Part shown: piece after piece, positions 50,213 to 63,199 of the stretch
Layout: every line of letters starts with the position of its first letter
How positions within the stretch are numbered: the stretch's first letter is position 1
Assembly (NCBI RefSeq): GCF_963921235.1
Contig: NC_086109.1
Span: 4,652,001-4,716,000, forward strand
Reading direction: 5' to 3'
DNA length: 64,000 nucleotides
Source of the DNA: Mobula hypostoma
Lineage: Eukaryota
Notes under the pieces: model-generated
Databases searched by the model: none
What the model saw: the letters and a program-made list of their open reading frames with translations, nothing else
What the model was told of the DNA's origin: nothing
Program-made: the position numbers and the translations under genes

Positions 50213-50415
50213 TAGTTGTTAAAGGATACAGCAGGAGTATAGATCTGTTACAGATATGGGTGGAGAAATAGCAGATGGAGTTTAATCTAGGCAAAAGTGA
50301 AGTGCTGTATTCGTCATACAGCAAATAAAAGAACCATGGCCCAACATCCACAATAACCAAGATGCTTATCCAAGATAGTCTCATGTGCCCAAGTTTGTCT
50401 CGTATCCTTCTAAAG

Positions 50416-50495
50416 CAGGGGTTCCCAACCTGAGTTCCACAGACCCTTTGGTTCATGGTAGGGGTCCATAGCATAAAAAAAGTTGGGAACCCCTG
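50416..50495. mobile_element. ~80 bp hAT-like MITE (related copies near 3129, 20169, 50571, 52352)
   Basis: Terminal inverted repeat CAGGGGTTCCCAAC/GTTGGGAACCCCTG. Confidence 0.7.
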
Positions 50496-51067
50496 TAAAG
50501 CTTTCCTGTCCATGTACAGTACCTGCCCAACTGTTATTGCCCTTAGTACAGGACTGTTATTGCCCTTAGTACAGGAGTTCCCAACCTTTTTTTTATGCCA
50601 TGGACCAATACCATTAAGCAAGGAGTCTGTAGACCCCAGGAACCCCCGTTCTAGCAGCTCATTCCATGTATGTATCACACTCTAAGAAAATTGCCCCTCA
50701 AATTCCCATTAAATCGTCTCCCTCTCATCTAAAGCCTACACCCTCTTGTTCTTGATTCTCCAACCATCATGCTATTTATGCCCTACATTTTATACAGCTC
50801 CATAAGATCACCCAGCAGTTTCCTTTGCTCCAAGGAAATCTTAGCCTGTCCAATCTTCCCCTACAAGTCAACAGTCAAGAGTAAAGAGAAAGAATGCTGT
50901 TTGAGGCTGAACACTCAACAACACCAATGTACAGAAGGGTTTTGGGGTCCCAGTCCAAACTTCCCAAAGGCAACACAAGTAGATGCAGTAGTAAAGGCGG
51001 TGTATAGCATGCTTGTCTTCATCACCAGAGGAATGTATGGATCTGGAAATTATACTTCAAATGTATG

Positions 51068-51672
51068 TGTAACTAGGTCTTGGTTTCACTGGCTGCTGAG
51101 GTGCCTAAAATGGCTTCTTTGTATGTTATATAAAATCAGTTTTCTGTAATAGAGTTCTCTCTCCCCTGCTTGTTAGGGTTATATTATAGATAAGGGAGGG
51201 AATGAACCAATGAGTGTCCACATTATTCTTTTTGTGGGTGATATTCTGTCTCATATGGCTGGGGACCGTGTGATTTGGGGGTTTTTCGGGCGGAGAAGAC
51301 AGAGAAAGGCGGCATTCGGAGGCGCTCTGGTCGACCACCCAAGGTGTGGTCCTGTGCGGGTCATCGGAGGCCGCGGATGGAGGGTCGAGGTTCTACAGAA
51401 TATTGAGATCCAACGAAACCTTAAGTGCACTGACTTTTAGAACTCAATTCGAACTTTGGCGCCTTTCTTCATTTTATTCTTTTAGAGTGTATTCTTTGTT
51501 AACTGATATCTGCAGTAAGATTTATAAAGTGTACGTATTTAACCGCTTATGGTGTTCTGTTTGATCTGTGAATTGGGCGTTTACGCTGCCTCAACATCAA
51601 CTGGCTTACGTAGTTGGCTGGTTGCAGGGTTTCCCTAGACACTGAGGAGCAGGATTTGTCTATAGCCTTACA
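51068..51672 (+). mobile_element. Probable solo LTR (~605 bp)
   Basis: TGTAA...TTACA termini; TATG/TATA flanks; interrupts a CR1 frame (caaatgtat|aaaactttggttagg). Confidence 0.6.
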
Positions 51673-53201
51673 TATAAAACTTTGGTTAGGTTGCACTTAG
51701 GTACTACATACAATTCTGGTTGTAAGGAGGGTGTGAAGGCTTTGGACAGGTTTTAGAAAAGGCGTCAAAGCTGGTGTGCTCTACTGGTAGCGGTGTGGCA
51801 CGTTGTCCAGGCTGAAGTGAGTGCTGCCCCCCCCAATGTTCGCACAGCAGAAGACAAGCTACACTGTGGTCGACTGCAGATCTCTGTGGCATTCATGGAC
51901 TCAGGGCCTCAAGCTGTGGTGTTGCCAGTTTACACCTTCCAGGGGCGAGGCATCGGAGCTGGTATGCTCCACTGGCAGCAGTATGGCACAGCATACAGGC
52001 TGGAGTCAGCGCTGCCCCTTGTGTTTGCTCAGCTGAAGATAAGCTGGATTGTAGTCAACTGCAGATTTCTGCAGCATTCATGGATTCAGAGTCTGTACTA
52101 TTTTTTGAATGGCTGTATTTTACTGATATCTTACATGTAGCTGCTATCTTGTATGTGCTATGTGTGCTTTGTGCTGTGTGCAAATGTTGGTACTGTGTTT
52201 TGCACCTTGGCCCCAGAGTAACATTGTCTCATTTGGCCGTACTTATGTATGGCTGAATGACAATTAAACTTGAATTGAAGTTACCAGGGTGCTGCCTGAA
52301 ATAGAGGGTGATAAAGTTTATAAAATTATGAGTGGAAGAGATAGAGTAGACCAGGGATTCCCAACCTGGTTAATGGTAAGGCACTAGTGCATAAAGAAGG
52401 CTTGGAAGCCTTGGAGTGGACTGTCAGAATCTTTACTGAGGGTCAAAATGTTTAGTACTACAGAATATAGATTTAAGATGAGGGGGGATGTTTGAAGGGG
52501 CTGTGCAGGGCAAGTCCTTTTATACAGGGAATGATAGGTGTCTGGAATGAGCTAGGTAAGTGGCACTGAAAGTAGATATGATAGGCACATGAAATTACTG
52601 GGTATATGGATCATGTGCAGGCATAAGAGTTTAGTTTTATTTGGCATCATGCTCGCTAGACATCATAGGCCAAGGAGCCTGTTCCTGTGTTGTACTGTTT
52701 TACATTTAATGTAAAGTACCGGTCTTCTTTATCTACACTTCTTCATCATTCAGGAAGCACTCTGCTCTATCCTTTTAAGTCCCGAAGAGATGGTTTCTCC
52801 TTGCTTACTCTGAAACAGTCTTATTTATTTACTTATTGAATATCCTGTGGCACCAATTCTGCTGAGTTCTGAAGTAAAAGTTTATTAAAGTAAAGGACAT
52901 TTAATGATAAAGATTATTCAAAAAAAACAAAGATATGAAATCAACTGGTATATAAATCACCTTCAGAAATCAGCTGGTACACAAATGACCTTCAGTAAAC
53001 CTAGGGCATGTTCCCATTTGCCCTTTTGTGGTGTGAACACATTTAATACAGATTCCTGTATTAGAAATGTGGCAGAAGTCTGCATGTGCAGATAGAATTC
53101 ACTTGTATAAAAACAATGATTACAAACTAAAAGGAGAAGAAATTGTTTTCTCCAGCCATGCTACAGACAAAATTAAATAGAATATATCTGAATTGTCGTA
53201 C

Positions 53202-53231
53202 CTAGGATGATGAGCAATCCATACTGCTGAC
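53202..53231 (-). CDS. Gene B, hydrophobic mini-exon (GPI signal or start of a membrane anchor)
   Basis: 30 nt, phase 1-1; (G)QQYGLLIIL; TTTCCCCTCTTGTAG acceptor, G|GTACG donor. Confidence 0.6.
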   Translation of the reverse strand, partial: VSSMDCSSS

Positions 53232-53894
53232 CTACAAGAGGGGAAATATGGACGTTCACATTAATGCTCAGCACAGTAATAGTGCAGCTTTGCTTATATT
53301 TAAGTGGCTTTACACAGACATGAGATCACAGAAACAAAGATGAAAAATATAAGTCATTTGATCCTTTGAGCTTGCTCGATGGCTGATCATTCAGATTCAC
53401 TATCCCACTCCAACTTTCCTCCCCGAAATCCCTTGCTCAAACTAGTTCTAAAAATAATCCCTGGATCTTTTATAACTATCTGGGAAATGTGTTTTCATCT
53501 CATTCTTAAATGGCTTTTATCTTCATACTGTGATGCTTTCTCCTGGATATTCCCAGCCACCAGGAATATCCATCCTGCATCTTACCTGTGCAGCCTTGGC
53601 AGAATTTTGTAGGGTTTTATGCGATCCCCTAACCTGTAGTGAATGCAAGCCGCTTCATGGGATGAAAGGCCTGTACTGTGTTGTAATGTTCTATGTTCTA
53701 CATGTCAGTCCTGCCATCCAGGAACTAAGTCTGGTGAACCTTTTCTGAAATCCTTCCATATCAAGAATATCCTTCTTTATAGATGAGGAGACAAAGAGTG
53801 CAGAGACCAGTCAATGTGTGGTCTCACTGTACATTGCAGCAAGCATCAATTAGTGCAGAGAGCAACACTTGTGTGGCCCAGCTTTCCTACTTAC

Positions 53895-53924
53895 CAATAT
53901 TCCTTCCTACTTGACTACCTGCTG
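53895..53924 (-). CDS. Gene B, mini-exon after the stalk
   Basis: 30 nt, phase 1-1; (S)AGSQVGRNI; TTTTTTCTTATTTCAG acceptor, G|GTAAGT donor. Confidence 0.7.
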
Positions 53925-55075
53925 CTGAAATAAGAAAAAAGAAACTGTTTAGACATCATTCTACAACCTACTTGGGTATGATTCATGGAATTTTCTAACC
54001 AGTAGCACTGTGGGAAAACATTAAGTTTGCAACAAAATCTTCAGCCCTTTGTCAATTCCTCCTAAAACTACTAACTTCTGAAGAGCAATTAAGAGTCAGC
54101 AATAAATGTTGAGGCACCAAAATTAATTTCAATATGGGCATTGAAATACTCAGAGCGTGGTGAGAGAGTGGAAACAAGCTGTCAGCGGAAGTGGTGAATG
54201 CAGGTTCGATTTTAGCATTTAAGAGAAATTTGAATAGGTACATGGATGGGAGGGGTGTGGTCCAGGTGCAGGTCGATGGGACAAGGCAGATTAAGGGTTT
54301 GGCACAGACTAGATGGGCCGAAGGACCTGTTTCTGTGCTGTAGTGTTCTAAGGTTCTTTGTTTAAGATGTTACAGTTTGTTCAGAAAAAAGTGCAAGTAA
54401 CATCTTATTTGAAAAATTTCCCAAGGAAGGTGCTGTAGGAATGTAGGAGGTTGTTGAATTAAAAATTGATAAAGAGGATGTTTTAGAATGGGTTGGCTGT
54501 ACTTGAATAACACCTAGTCCAGATGGGATGTACCCTAGTTCTAGATGGGGAGAAGTTGCAGAGATACTAGCAATAGTTTTCTGAACATTTCTGCTTGCGG
54601 AGTACCAGGGAAGTGCAAGTACAAGCCAATCCATTTAACCTCAGTGGTGAGAAATCAAGCTCAGAATTCACAGACACTTGGATGTGGGAATACAAGGAAA
54701 GAGTTAAATTTGATTGCTTGGTATAATAAAATAAAATGGAAGTTTGAAAGGCAGAATGGAGTAAGCCTAGAAAATGGGAATGTTCTGAGAAAGTAAACGG
54801 AGTACAAGTCTACAGCCTTGTGAGCAGATAATGAGAAATGCATGTTTGTCTAGGGAGAGTGAGATCATTGTGCAAACACAGGTACCAAATGGTACCTTAT
54901 CTTGGGAAAGTACCGGGGTAATGGGCTTTGAAGGGTATTAAAAGGGCATCCTTTGATGCAAATCAGAATGGAGGGGAGGGAACCATGTTGACTGTGCAAA
55001 ATTATCTTGTATTTCCATTGTTAAAATTTAAAATAATCTCGCAGTTACTAAGACTAAGAATGCAAAACTACTTAC

Positions 55076-55114
55076 AAGTAGTGGTAATTGCAGTTGTAGG
55101 AGTAATCTCAGATG
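55076..55114 (-). CDS. Gene B, Ser/Thr/Pro-rich stalk mini-exon
   Basis: 39 nt, phase 1-1; (A)SEITPTTAITTT; pyrimidine tract plus CAG acceptor, GTAAGT donor. Confidence 0.75.
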
Positions 55115-56487
55115 CTGTAAATGAGGGAAGATTATAAATTACTCAGTACTTTAATGAAAACATAAACATAAAAGGATCCATTACTACAAAATTGTGCATC
55201 TGAAAATTTGCAAGGATAAATGAGGACAGTTCACCTCAGGCCTACAATTATGTACTGTACAACACAAGATGCAACCTGAAAGTCAAATGATCAATATGCA
55301 AGCTTCTCCAGGTGCTGGAAATCCACAGCAACACCCACAAGATGATGGAGGAACTCAGCAGTCAGGCAGCAACCACCAGAAGGAATAAACAGTCAACGCT
55401 GCTGGCAGAGAACTGGTTCAAATGAAGCTTATTGTCATTTAACTATATACATGTATACTGTCAAATGAGACGTTTCTCTCAACCAGGGTGTAAAGCACAG
55501 ATGTACACATAACAATAACATGAAAGTTAGGATAAAATCCACAGATGAATTATGCATAAATAAACAAAATAAAGTGCATTAATTAAATATTGTAAGATAT
55601 ATAGCAGATTAACCGGTGACACTTCAAATGCAATGTGGCAGGGAGTTCAGAAGCCTAACGGCCTGAGGTAAAAAACTGTTTTTCATTCTAACCTGGCTGA
55701 TGTAGGAAGTCAAAATGGATGCTGGATGGATGGGTGGGATCCTTGATAATACTAAGGGCTCTGCGTATGCAGCGCCTCTGATAAATGCCCCTGATAGATG
55801 GTAGGGAAACACCCATGATCCTCTTAGCCATTCCCACAGCCCTCTGTAAGGACTTTTGGCCCAATGCTCAACTGCTCCCATACTAGGTAGAAATGCAACT
55901 TGTCAGGATGCTCCCAATGGTGCTCCTATATATAAAAAAAGTTCAGTCCTGAAGGTGAATCTCAGTCTAAAATGTCAACTGTCTATTTCTCTCCATAGAT
56001 GTTGCCTGACGGCAGCTTGTGTGTGTAGTTCTGCAAGTTAGTTTTCCTGGTCCAAAAATGTTAATGCTTCCTGCCAAAATAGGAATTCCTCAGTGAATGG
56101 ACCAGAATGCTCATATTCCTATCCCTGAACAATCCCAAGACTGCACTAACCCTTTCTCTAACTACTGTCTTGGAACCCCCACTCTACTTCAATTCAAGTT
56201 TAATTGACATTCAACCATATATGAATACTCATGAAAACAGCCAAACCAGACAGTGTTACTCTAGGGTTATGTTACAAAACACAGTACCAACAGTCTTGCA
56301 GAGCACAAACAACACACAAGATAGCAAGCGCAAATAGTATCACAATCACACAACAAAAGGGTCCCAAAACTTGTGCTGTCAATCCACCGTTGACCACAAT
56401 GGAGCCCGTCTCCCACTGAGTGAACACTGGGTGGGGACGGCAGCACCAACTCCAACCTGGACGTCGTCATGCCATACCGCCACTGTG

Positions 56488-56965
56488 GTGATCATGGGAC
56501 AGAAGGCCTAGGGAGAAAGAAAAGGGGGAGGGGGTAAGCCCAGAGGATGGGCAAGGGGTATAGTGAGAGGGACAGAGGGAGAAAGAGAGAAAAAGAATGT
56601 GTGAATAAATAACGGATGGGGTACGAGGGAGAGGTGGGGCATTAGCGGAAGTTTGAGAAGTCAATGTTCATGCGGAAGTTTGAGAAGCCTGTCCCATGAT
56701 CCTCTCATATCCCTTTTGCCAATCAACTGTCCAGCTCTTGGCTCCATCCCTCCCCCTCCTGTCTTCTCCTATCATTTCGGATCTCCCCCTCCCACTTTCA
56801 AACCTCTTACTAGCTCTTCTTTCAGTTAGTCCTGACGAAGGGTCTCGGCCCGAAACGTCGACTGTACCTCTTCCTAGAGATGCTGCCTGGCCTGCTGCGT
56901 TCACCAGCAACTTTTATGTGTGTTGCTTGAAATTCCAGCATCTGCAGATTTCGTGTTTGCGTTTT
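56488..56965. mobile_element. Penelope-derived pseudo-LTR with an internal inversion
   Basis: 56488-56672 has the orientation of the PLE at 37300-37510, while 56686-56965 is in the opposite orientation; junction duplicates GCGGAAGTTTGAGAAG. Confidence 0.7.
56828..56863 (+). ncRNA. Penelope-type minimal type I hammerhead ribozyme motif
   Basis: AGTC-CTGACGA-AGGGTCTCGGCCC-GAAAC-GTC-GACT: intact core, stem I AGTC/GACT, GGG/CCC stem II, minimal stem III as in PLE hammerheads. Confidence 0.8.
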
Positions 56966-58393
56966 TAAATGATTTTTGAAATTAGTTTTGACATTAGTGG
57001 ATGAGAATATTGAGTATTCAACTTGCCAAAATTAATGGAACTTAGCAACATAATTAAGAACATAATGACACTAAAGAGTGACAAATCTCCTTGGTTTAGA
57101 GTCAGAGTAATACACCATGGAAATAGGCCCTTCAGCCCAAATCTGGAACTCAAATCCAAAACTCTAAGGGATGCAGACTCAGATGATACTTTTAAATGCT
57201 AGCTCGAAACCTATTTGTTTCACCTTGCTTTTAATTAACATCTTTTTCCTCTTTAATTCTTATGTTTGTATTTTATTCTATTGTAAAGCCGTTTGGACTA
57301 CATCGTTTATATGAAATGTACCCTATAAATAAGTTGTTGTTATTAACCCATTCATGCCAACCACAGTGCCATCAAGTTAGTCTTATTTGCACAGGTTTGG
57401 CCCTGTCCCTCCAAACTCTGTTACGGAGGGGTTTGGAGCGACAGGGAAGATTGCCGCTTTTAAATGTTGCCAGTATACCCAAGTTTTCAAAGTAGGTTAT
57501 TAAAAACATTTCATAAACTTTCATTATAATTTTACAAATCACACACCTGACACATCAGCTCTGGCTTTTTCTCTCTCTCTAAACATTCTACCTGACTTTG
57601 ATATTTTCTGTTTTTAGCTTCTTTCCAAAGTTTTTTTCAATTAAGGAACTGTTTTGTTAGATAAGAACATTATGAACATCATTCAGCTATTTCTGAGAGT
57701 GGCATAGTTGTTGTATCTGGTAGAATTGCTGCTACATTGCTCCAGTGACCTCGGTTTGATCATGACCTCCACCACTGTGTGGCGTTTGCTCATTCGCTCT
57801 GTGACTGTGTGAGTGTACTGGTTTCTTCCCGAATCGCTAAAGACACGCAGGATTGAAGATTAATTAGCCATCGTAATATTGCCTCTAGTGTTTTGGTGTC
57901 ATTCAGTCATAGAGCACAGTTTACTCCGGCCAATTTTCTTGCACTCTTTCAAGTTTATCAATATCTTTGCTGCAGGTAGGTGACCACAACTGCACATAGT
58001 CCTCCTAAATGAGCCATACCAATGTCTTAAATAACTTCAATATAACATCCCAACTACTGTACTCAATGTAATACGCACAAAATGCTGGAAGAACTCAGCA
58101 GGTCAGGCAGCATCTATGGAAATGATAGTCGACATTTCAGGGCCGAGACCCTTCTTCAGGACAGTACTGAAATCAACACTCTGATTCATGAAGACCAATG
58201 TGCTAAAAGTTTTCTTGACCCTATCTACCTGTGATGCCATTTTCAAGGAATTATGTATCGATAGGCACAGGCTCTTTTGTTCTACCACACTCCTTGGTTC
58301 CCTATTGAGTAAGTCTTACCCTGCCTGGTTTGTCCTACCAAAGTGCAGCACTCTCCTACTCCAACAGATAAAGTCCACATGAAAACACACAAA

Positions 58394-58429
58394 AGTCCTG
58401 ACGAAGGGTCTCGGCCCGAAACGTCAACT
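58394..58429 (+). ncRNA. Penelope-type hammerhead motif, second near-intact copy
   Basis: AGTC-CTGACGA-AGGGTCTCGGCCC-GAAAC-GTC-AACT (one stem I mismatch). Confidence 0.7.
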
Positions 58430-58582
58430 GTACCTTTTCCTAGAGATGCTGCCTGGCCTGCTGTGTTCACCAGCAACTTTGATGTGTGTTGCTCAAAACA
58501 TTCAATATTTACATATTTTTATCAGATATTAGAAACATAATATGCATTAAAAATATCCTCAGGATAAGAAATGATAACTCAC

Positions 58583-58768
58583 CATTTCTGCATATAGGTG
58601 GTGGTGGCTCAAAATTGTTATTTTCCATACAATAAATTGTAGAATCTCCAATCATTACAAATCCTGGATTACATTTGTAGACAACTGCATCACCAAATTT
58701 GTGTACGACTGAAAATCCTACATATACCTGGCCATTTTCTGGTGTTTCTGGACGAAAACACCTAACAA
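58583..58768 (-). CDS. Gene B, last CCP exon (paralogous to gene A CCP4)
   Basis: 186 nt, phase 1-1; VRCFRPETPENGQVYVGFSVVHKFGDAVVYKCNPGFVMIGDSTIYCMENNNFEPPPPICRN; GTGAGT donor. Confidence 0.9.
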
Positions 58769-60329
58769 CTGATAAGCATTGCATTAGACACCACAGACTC
58801 AAGCAAAAAATATTTTAACATGATTGTAAGTATACACAAAAACAATGAAGAAAAATCTGGCTCCCTTGAAGAAAGGTAGGTGGAATTATAAAAGAAAAAA
58901 AATGTTCATGGCAAAAGTTAAATATTTAACAATTGAACAGAATACTTGCAGTTTAAATATTTAAGTACTAAATATTTACTAGGTATTGTCTGAAGTGTTT
59001 ATACAGAATAGATTGGTTTGATTTATTTATTTAGAGATAGAGCACAGAACAGGCCTTTCTGTCCCAAAGAGCCATGCCACGCAGCAACCCACCTCTTTAA
59101 CTGTAGCCTAATCATGGGACAGTTTACAATGACCAATTGACCTAATAACCAGTATATCTTTGGAACGTGGGAGGAAACCGGAGCAACTGGAAGAAACCCA
59201 AGCATTCGCAGGAAGGACGTACAACCTCCTTACAAAACGGCACTGGAATTGAACTCCGAAGTCCGACAACCCGAGCTGTAATAGCATTGCACTAACTGCC
59301 ACACTACCGTGAGAAGGTTGCCACTCTGACAAATTGAGCAAAAGGTTTTCCACATTCACTGGAAGATGGAAGAGTAAGAGAGGATCTTGCTGAAAGCAAG
59401 GCTGTGGCTAGTGGGACTCACGAGTAGATGGAGAAAATGTTTCCTATAGCTGAACGGTCTAGTTTGGGATGACATCGCCTCAGAATGAGAGATTGGCTAT
59501 CTAAAAGACAGGTGAAACTAACTTCCCTTGTTATAAATTAATTCATGTAAATCAGCTCAGGTAACAGAAACTACCCCTTATTAAATTCATAAATGACTAC
59601 CAAAAAAAAAACTGAGATACAGAACAAAAAGTGGCTCTTAGAAATCTATGGGAGAAAAAAACAATTAAATAAACACAAAAAAGGAAAAGAAACAGCAAAT
59701 TTTGTCAGGGGTTCATGTTTCAGAACTTCCCAATATGGCAGTTTTCTCAGCACACAGCCTCTCTCAAATATGCAGTGTATTGTGTAATTTAAAAGACACA
59801 GTAGAGTAGTGATTAGGACAACACTTTACATTACAGGTGACCCGGGTTCAATTCCCACTACTGCCTGTAAGGAGTTTGCACGTTCTCCCCGTGACCACGT
59901 GGGCTTCCTCTGGGTGTTCCAGTTTCCTCCTACAGTCCAAAGACCTATTGGTTAGTAGGCTAATTGGTCATTGTAAATTGTCCTGTGATTGGGTTAAGGT
60001 TAAATTGGGGGATTGCTGGACGGCACGGCTCAAAAGGCCGAAGAGCCAATTCCACACAGTATCTCGATAATTTTTTTTTAATGTTAAAGATTTCCTCAAA
60101 AAGGGCATATCAGCTCATCCTCAATCACCAAAAGGAAATTGATCTGCAACACCTTGAGCTCACTGAGAACTATGCAAAATAGCATCCATTGCAATCAAAC
60201 AAACGCTACTGGAAATTTAATTGTATTACAGATATTTAGGAGGAAGTACTAATGTTACTGAAAAGTTCAATTATGCATTGGTTATCAGCGGCCACCGATT
60301 TAACTTTATAAAATGATTGAATATTGTCA

Positions 60330-61110
60330 GAATCAGGTTTAATATCATCAGCACACTGTATGTCATGCAATTTGTTAACTTTGTGGCAACAGTACTATGC
60401 TATACATGATTAGAAACAGGCACGAAAAAAACTGTGAATTACAGTAAATATGTAAAATAGTTAAATTAAATAAGCAGTGCAAAAAACTAGAAATATAATA
60501 GTGAGGCAGTGTTCGTGGGTTCAATGCCCATTCAGAAATCGGAGGCAGAGGGGAAGAAGCTGTTTCTGCATCTTTGACTGCGTGTATTCAGGCTCCTGTA
60601 CCTCCTCCCTGATGGTATCAATGAGAAGAGGGCATGTCCTGGGTGGCGGGGGTCCTTCATGATGGACGCCACCTTCTTGAGACATGGTTCTTTGAAGATG
60701 CCCTGCATACCACGGAGGCTAGTGCCCAGGATGGAGTTGACTAATTTTACAATTCTCTGCAGCTTACTTCGATCCAATGCAGTAGCCGCCACCCCCCTTC
60801 ATACCAGATGGTGTTGCAGCCAGATAGAATGCTCTCCACGGTACATCTGTATAAATTTGCAAGTATGTTTGGTAACATATCGACTCTCTTCAAACTCCGA
60901 AAGAAATATAACTGCTGTCTTGCCTTCTTTATAGTTGCATCGATATGTTGGGGTTGGGTTTGGTCCTCAGAGATATTAATACCCAAGAACTTGAAATTGT
61001 TCAATCTCTCCATTTATGATCCCTCTACTGAAGTCCACAATCAATTCTTTGCCCTTACTGACATTGAGTGCAAGGCTGATGCTACAACACTACTCAACCA
61101 GTTGATCTCC
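60330..61110 (-). mobile_element. Rex/Babar-like LINE, 3' part
   Basis: FKFLGINI, ESILSGC, HPGHALFSLIPSGRRYRS. Confidence 0.8.
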
Positions 61111-62954
61111 ACAATTAAAGTCTACATTGGTTTAACGGTTCCATTTTATATTAGAGAATGTATACAGTATACGACCTGAAATTCTTACTCTTCACAGACA
61201 TCCACCAAACAAGAGAAAACCCCAAAGAATGAATGACAGAAAAAATGTTAGAACTCCGAAGCCCCCACCAGCTCCTCCCATGCAAAAACAGCAGCAAAGC
61301 ATCAACTCACCCCCCACTTGTTCCAGCCAGAAGCATCAGCCCCCACACCACCTTCAGGCAAGCAACAGCAAAGCCCCCAAAGAGACTATGATCTAGATCC
61401 ATCAAAAACTACAGCCTATAACCCTGCACTTCAACATGCCAGAGGCTCTCACTAACAAGGGAGAGAGAGGTGCCATCCCTTCCACAGTGAGAGGGGAGAC
61501 CAACAGATTGCTGTTTGGTCTCCATTGGTGGACAATTTTAACATATCTTGCTCTAAATTTGATATTTAAGTACTGATTAAGCACTTCAAATACAAAACCC
61601 CTTCCGTCTTCCACTCTCAAATGTGATGTCCAAATTCCCTGCTTAATTCTCTAATTGAACTTGAATACAGAAACTGAGCAAAAGCCTGAATTATCATTCA
61701 CATACTAAATCATTGGTCTGTGCCAATATTGAATCTATCCACCTTGGTTACAAAATCTTTAATTATGAATCTATAAAGTAAAAATAATTAGTTCATCTGG
61801 TATATCTCCACTTCAGGGCTGCCTCAAGCAAACATGCACAAAAGTCAGCTGATTCTGGAGCACGACTTCTCAGGAGGATTGTCCACATCTGATTGGGCCC
61901 CATGAACAGTTCTTTCAACTGTCTGTAATATCATGAGAAGTGAGTTCGTCTGGATGAAGACTGGCTTCTGTGACAGCGACGACGGTGAAGAGACAGACGA
62001 GATCATTAGCACTTCGACTTCATCATTTGCATGCAGTTCTTTTTAAAAAAACAAGGGTTTTGTTTTTTTTTTGCAGCTTCTACATAACCTTATCCTTTTC
62101 ATGCAGAATAGAGACAACTTTTGGAGTGGGGAAACCATACCACCAGAACTTCAGTTTTAAAAAAAGTGGTCACTTAATGCAAAATACTTGTAATATAGAA
62201 AAACAATAAATGGAACATGGTAAAAGGTTAACATTCATCAAACCGATTTTTAGCCAGCAGCTCAAACCTTGTACATGTTTAACAATTCTGTCGCTTTTTT
62301 TTTGAACAGCAGCTGTTAGCTATCTGTTTTTGACCCCTTCCATTCTGCATCTGAAATCCTTTTATTAATTAAATAAACCTGCCTTCTACTCACCACTTTA
62401 GAAACAGCTTGTCCCTTTGCCAACAAATTTCTGAACAGACAATCAAACAACCATGTACACTACTTAACTATTTTTGCACTACCTAATTTATTTTTATATA
62501 TTTCTTAATGTAATTCAGTTTTTTATGTACTGCTCCCACAAACAACAAATTTCATGACATTTGTCAGTGATATTACCTGATTCTGATTCTCTATCAGACA
62601 TCCCATCTAGTCACGTGCAGTTTGCCAACTCCAAACCCCACTGCTTTCTGCACCATGAATGGAAATCTTTTAAGATCTTTACCCCCATAGTTTTGATGAA
62701 TGAACAGAACCAGAAATATTAACAACTTCATTCTCCATTGATGATGCCTGATTCACAGCCAATTTCCAACATTACTTGTTTCTCATTTACATTTCCTGCA
62801 ACTGCGGTACTTGTATGTGACATGGTTAAGCAGTGGCTGTTTGTGAAGCTGACCTGGATAACTTCAACATGAGTATTAATTCACAAGCTGTTCTTCACTT
62901 TCCCACCCTCAGCTGAGAAAATGCCAAATTAAATTTTATACTAAACTTATATAC

Positions 62955-63140
62955 CTTTGCATGTTGGAATATTCTTGTTCCATTGTCCAGTTGTCCCACA
63001 TATAAGAGAACTTGAACCAATTAATGAGAAATCATTAATACACGAAAACTTTGCAACCATTCCATATTCCCAGAATCCTCCTTGAGGTGGTGATGGTGTT
63101 AATCCATTATCAATGCTTGGAAGGTCAGGACATTTGATAG
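62955..63140 (-). CDS. Gene B (CD55/CD46-like RCA gene), CCP exon paralogous to gene A CCP3
   Basis: 186 nt, phase 1-1; IKCPDLPSIDNGLTPSPPQGGFWEYGMVAKFSCINDFSLIGSSSLICGTTGQWNKNIPTCK; shares IKCPD, WEYGMVA and SLIG with gene A CCP3. Confidence 0.9.
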
Positions 63141-63199
63141 CTGGGAACAAATCAAATTCAGTTAACGTTCTGAATAGAACGTCCGATCAAAACTTCAAA

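Noticed and set aside
54362..54634. Ser/Thr-rich ORF as an extra stalk exon of gene B
   Set aside because: The plus strand is a degenerate CR1 segment (SPDGMYP-like) and no convincing splice pair was found
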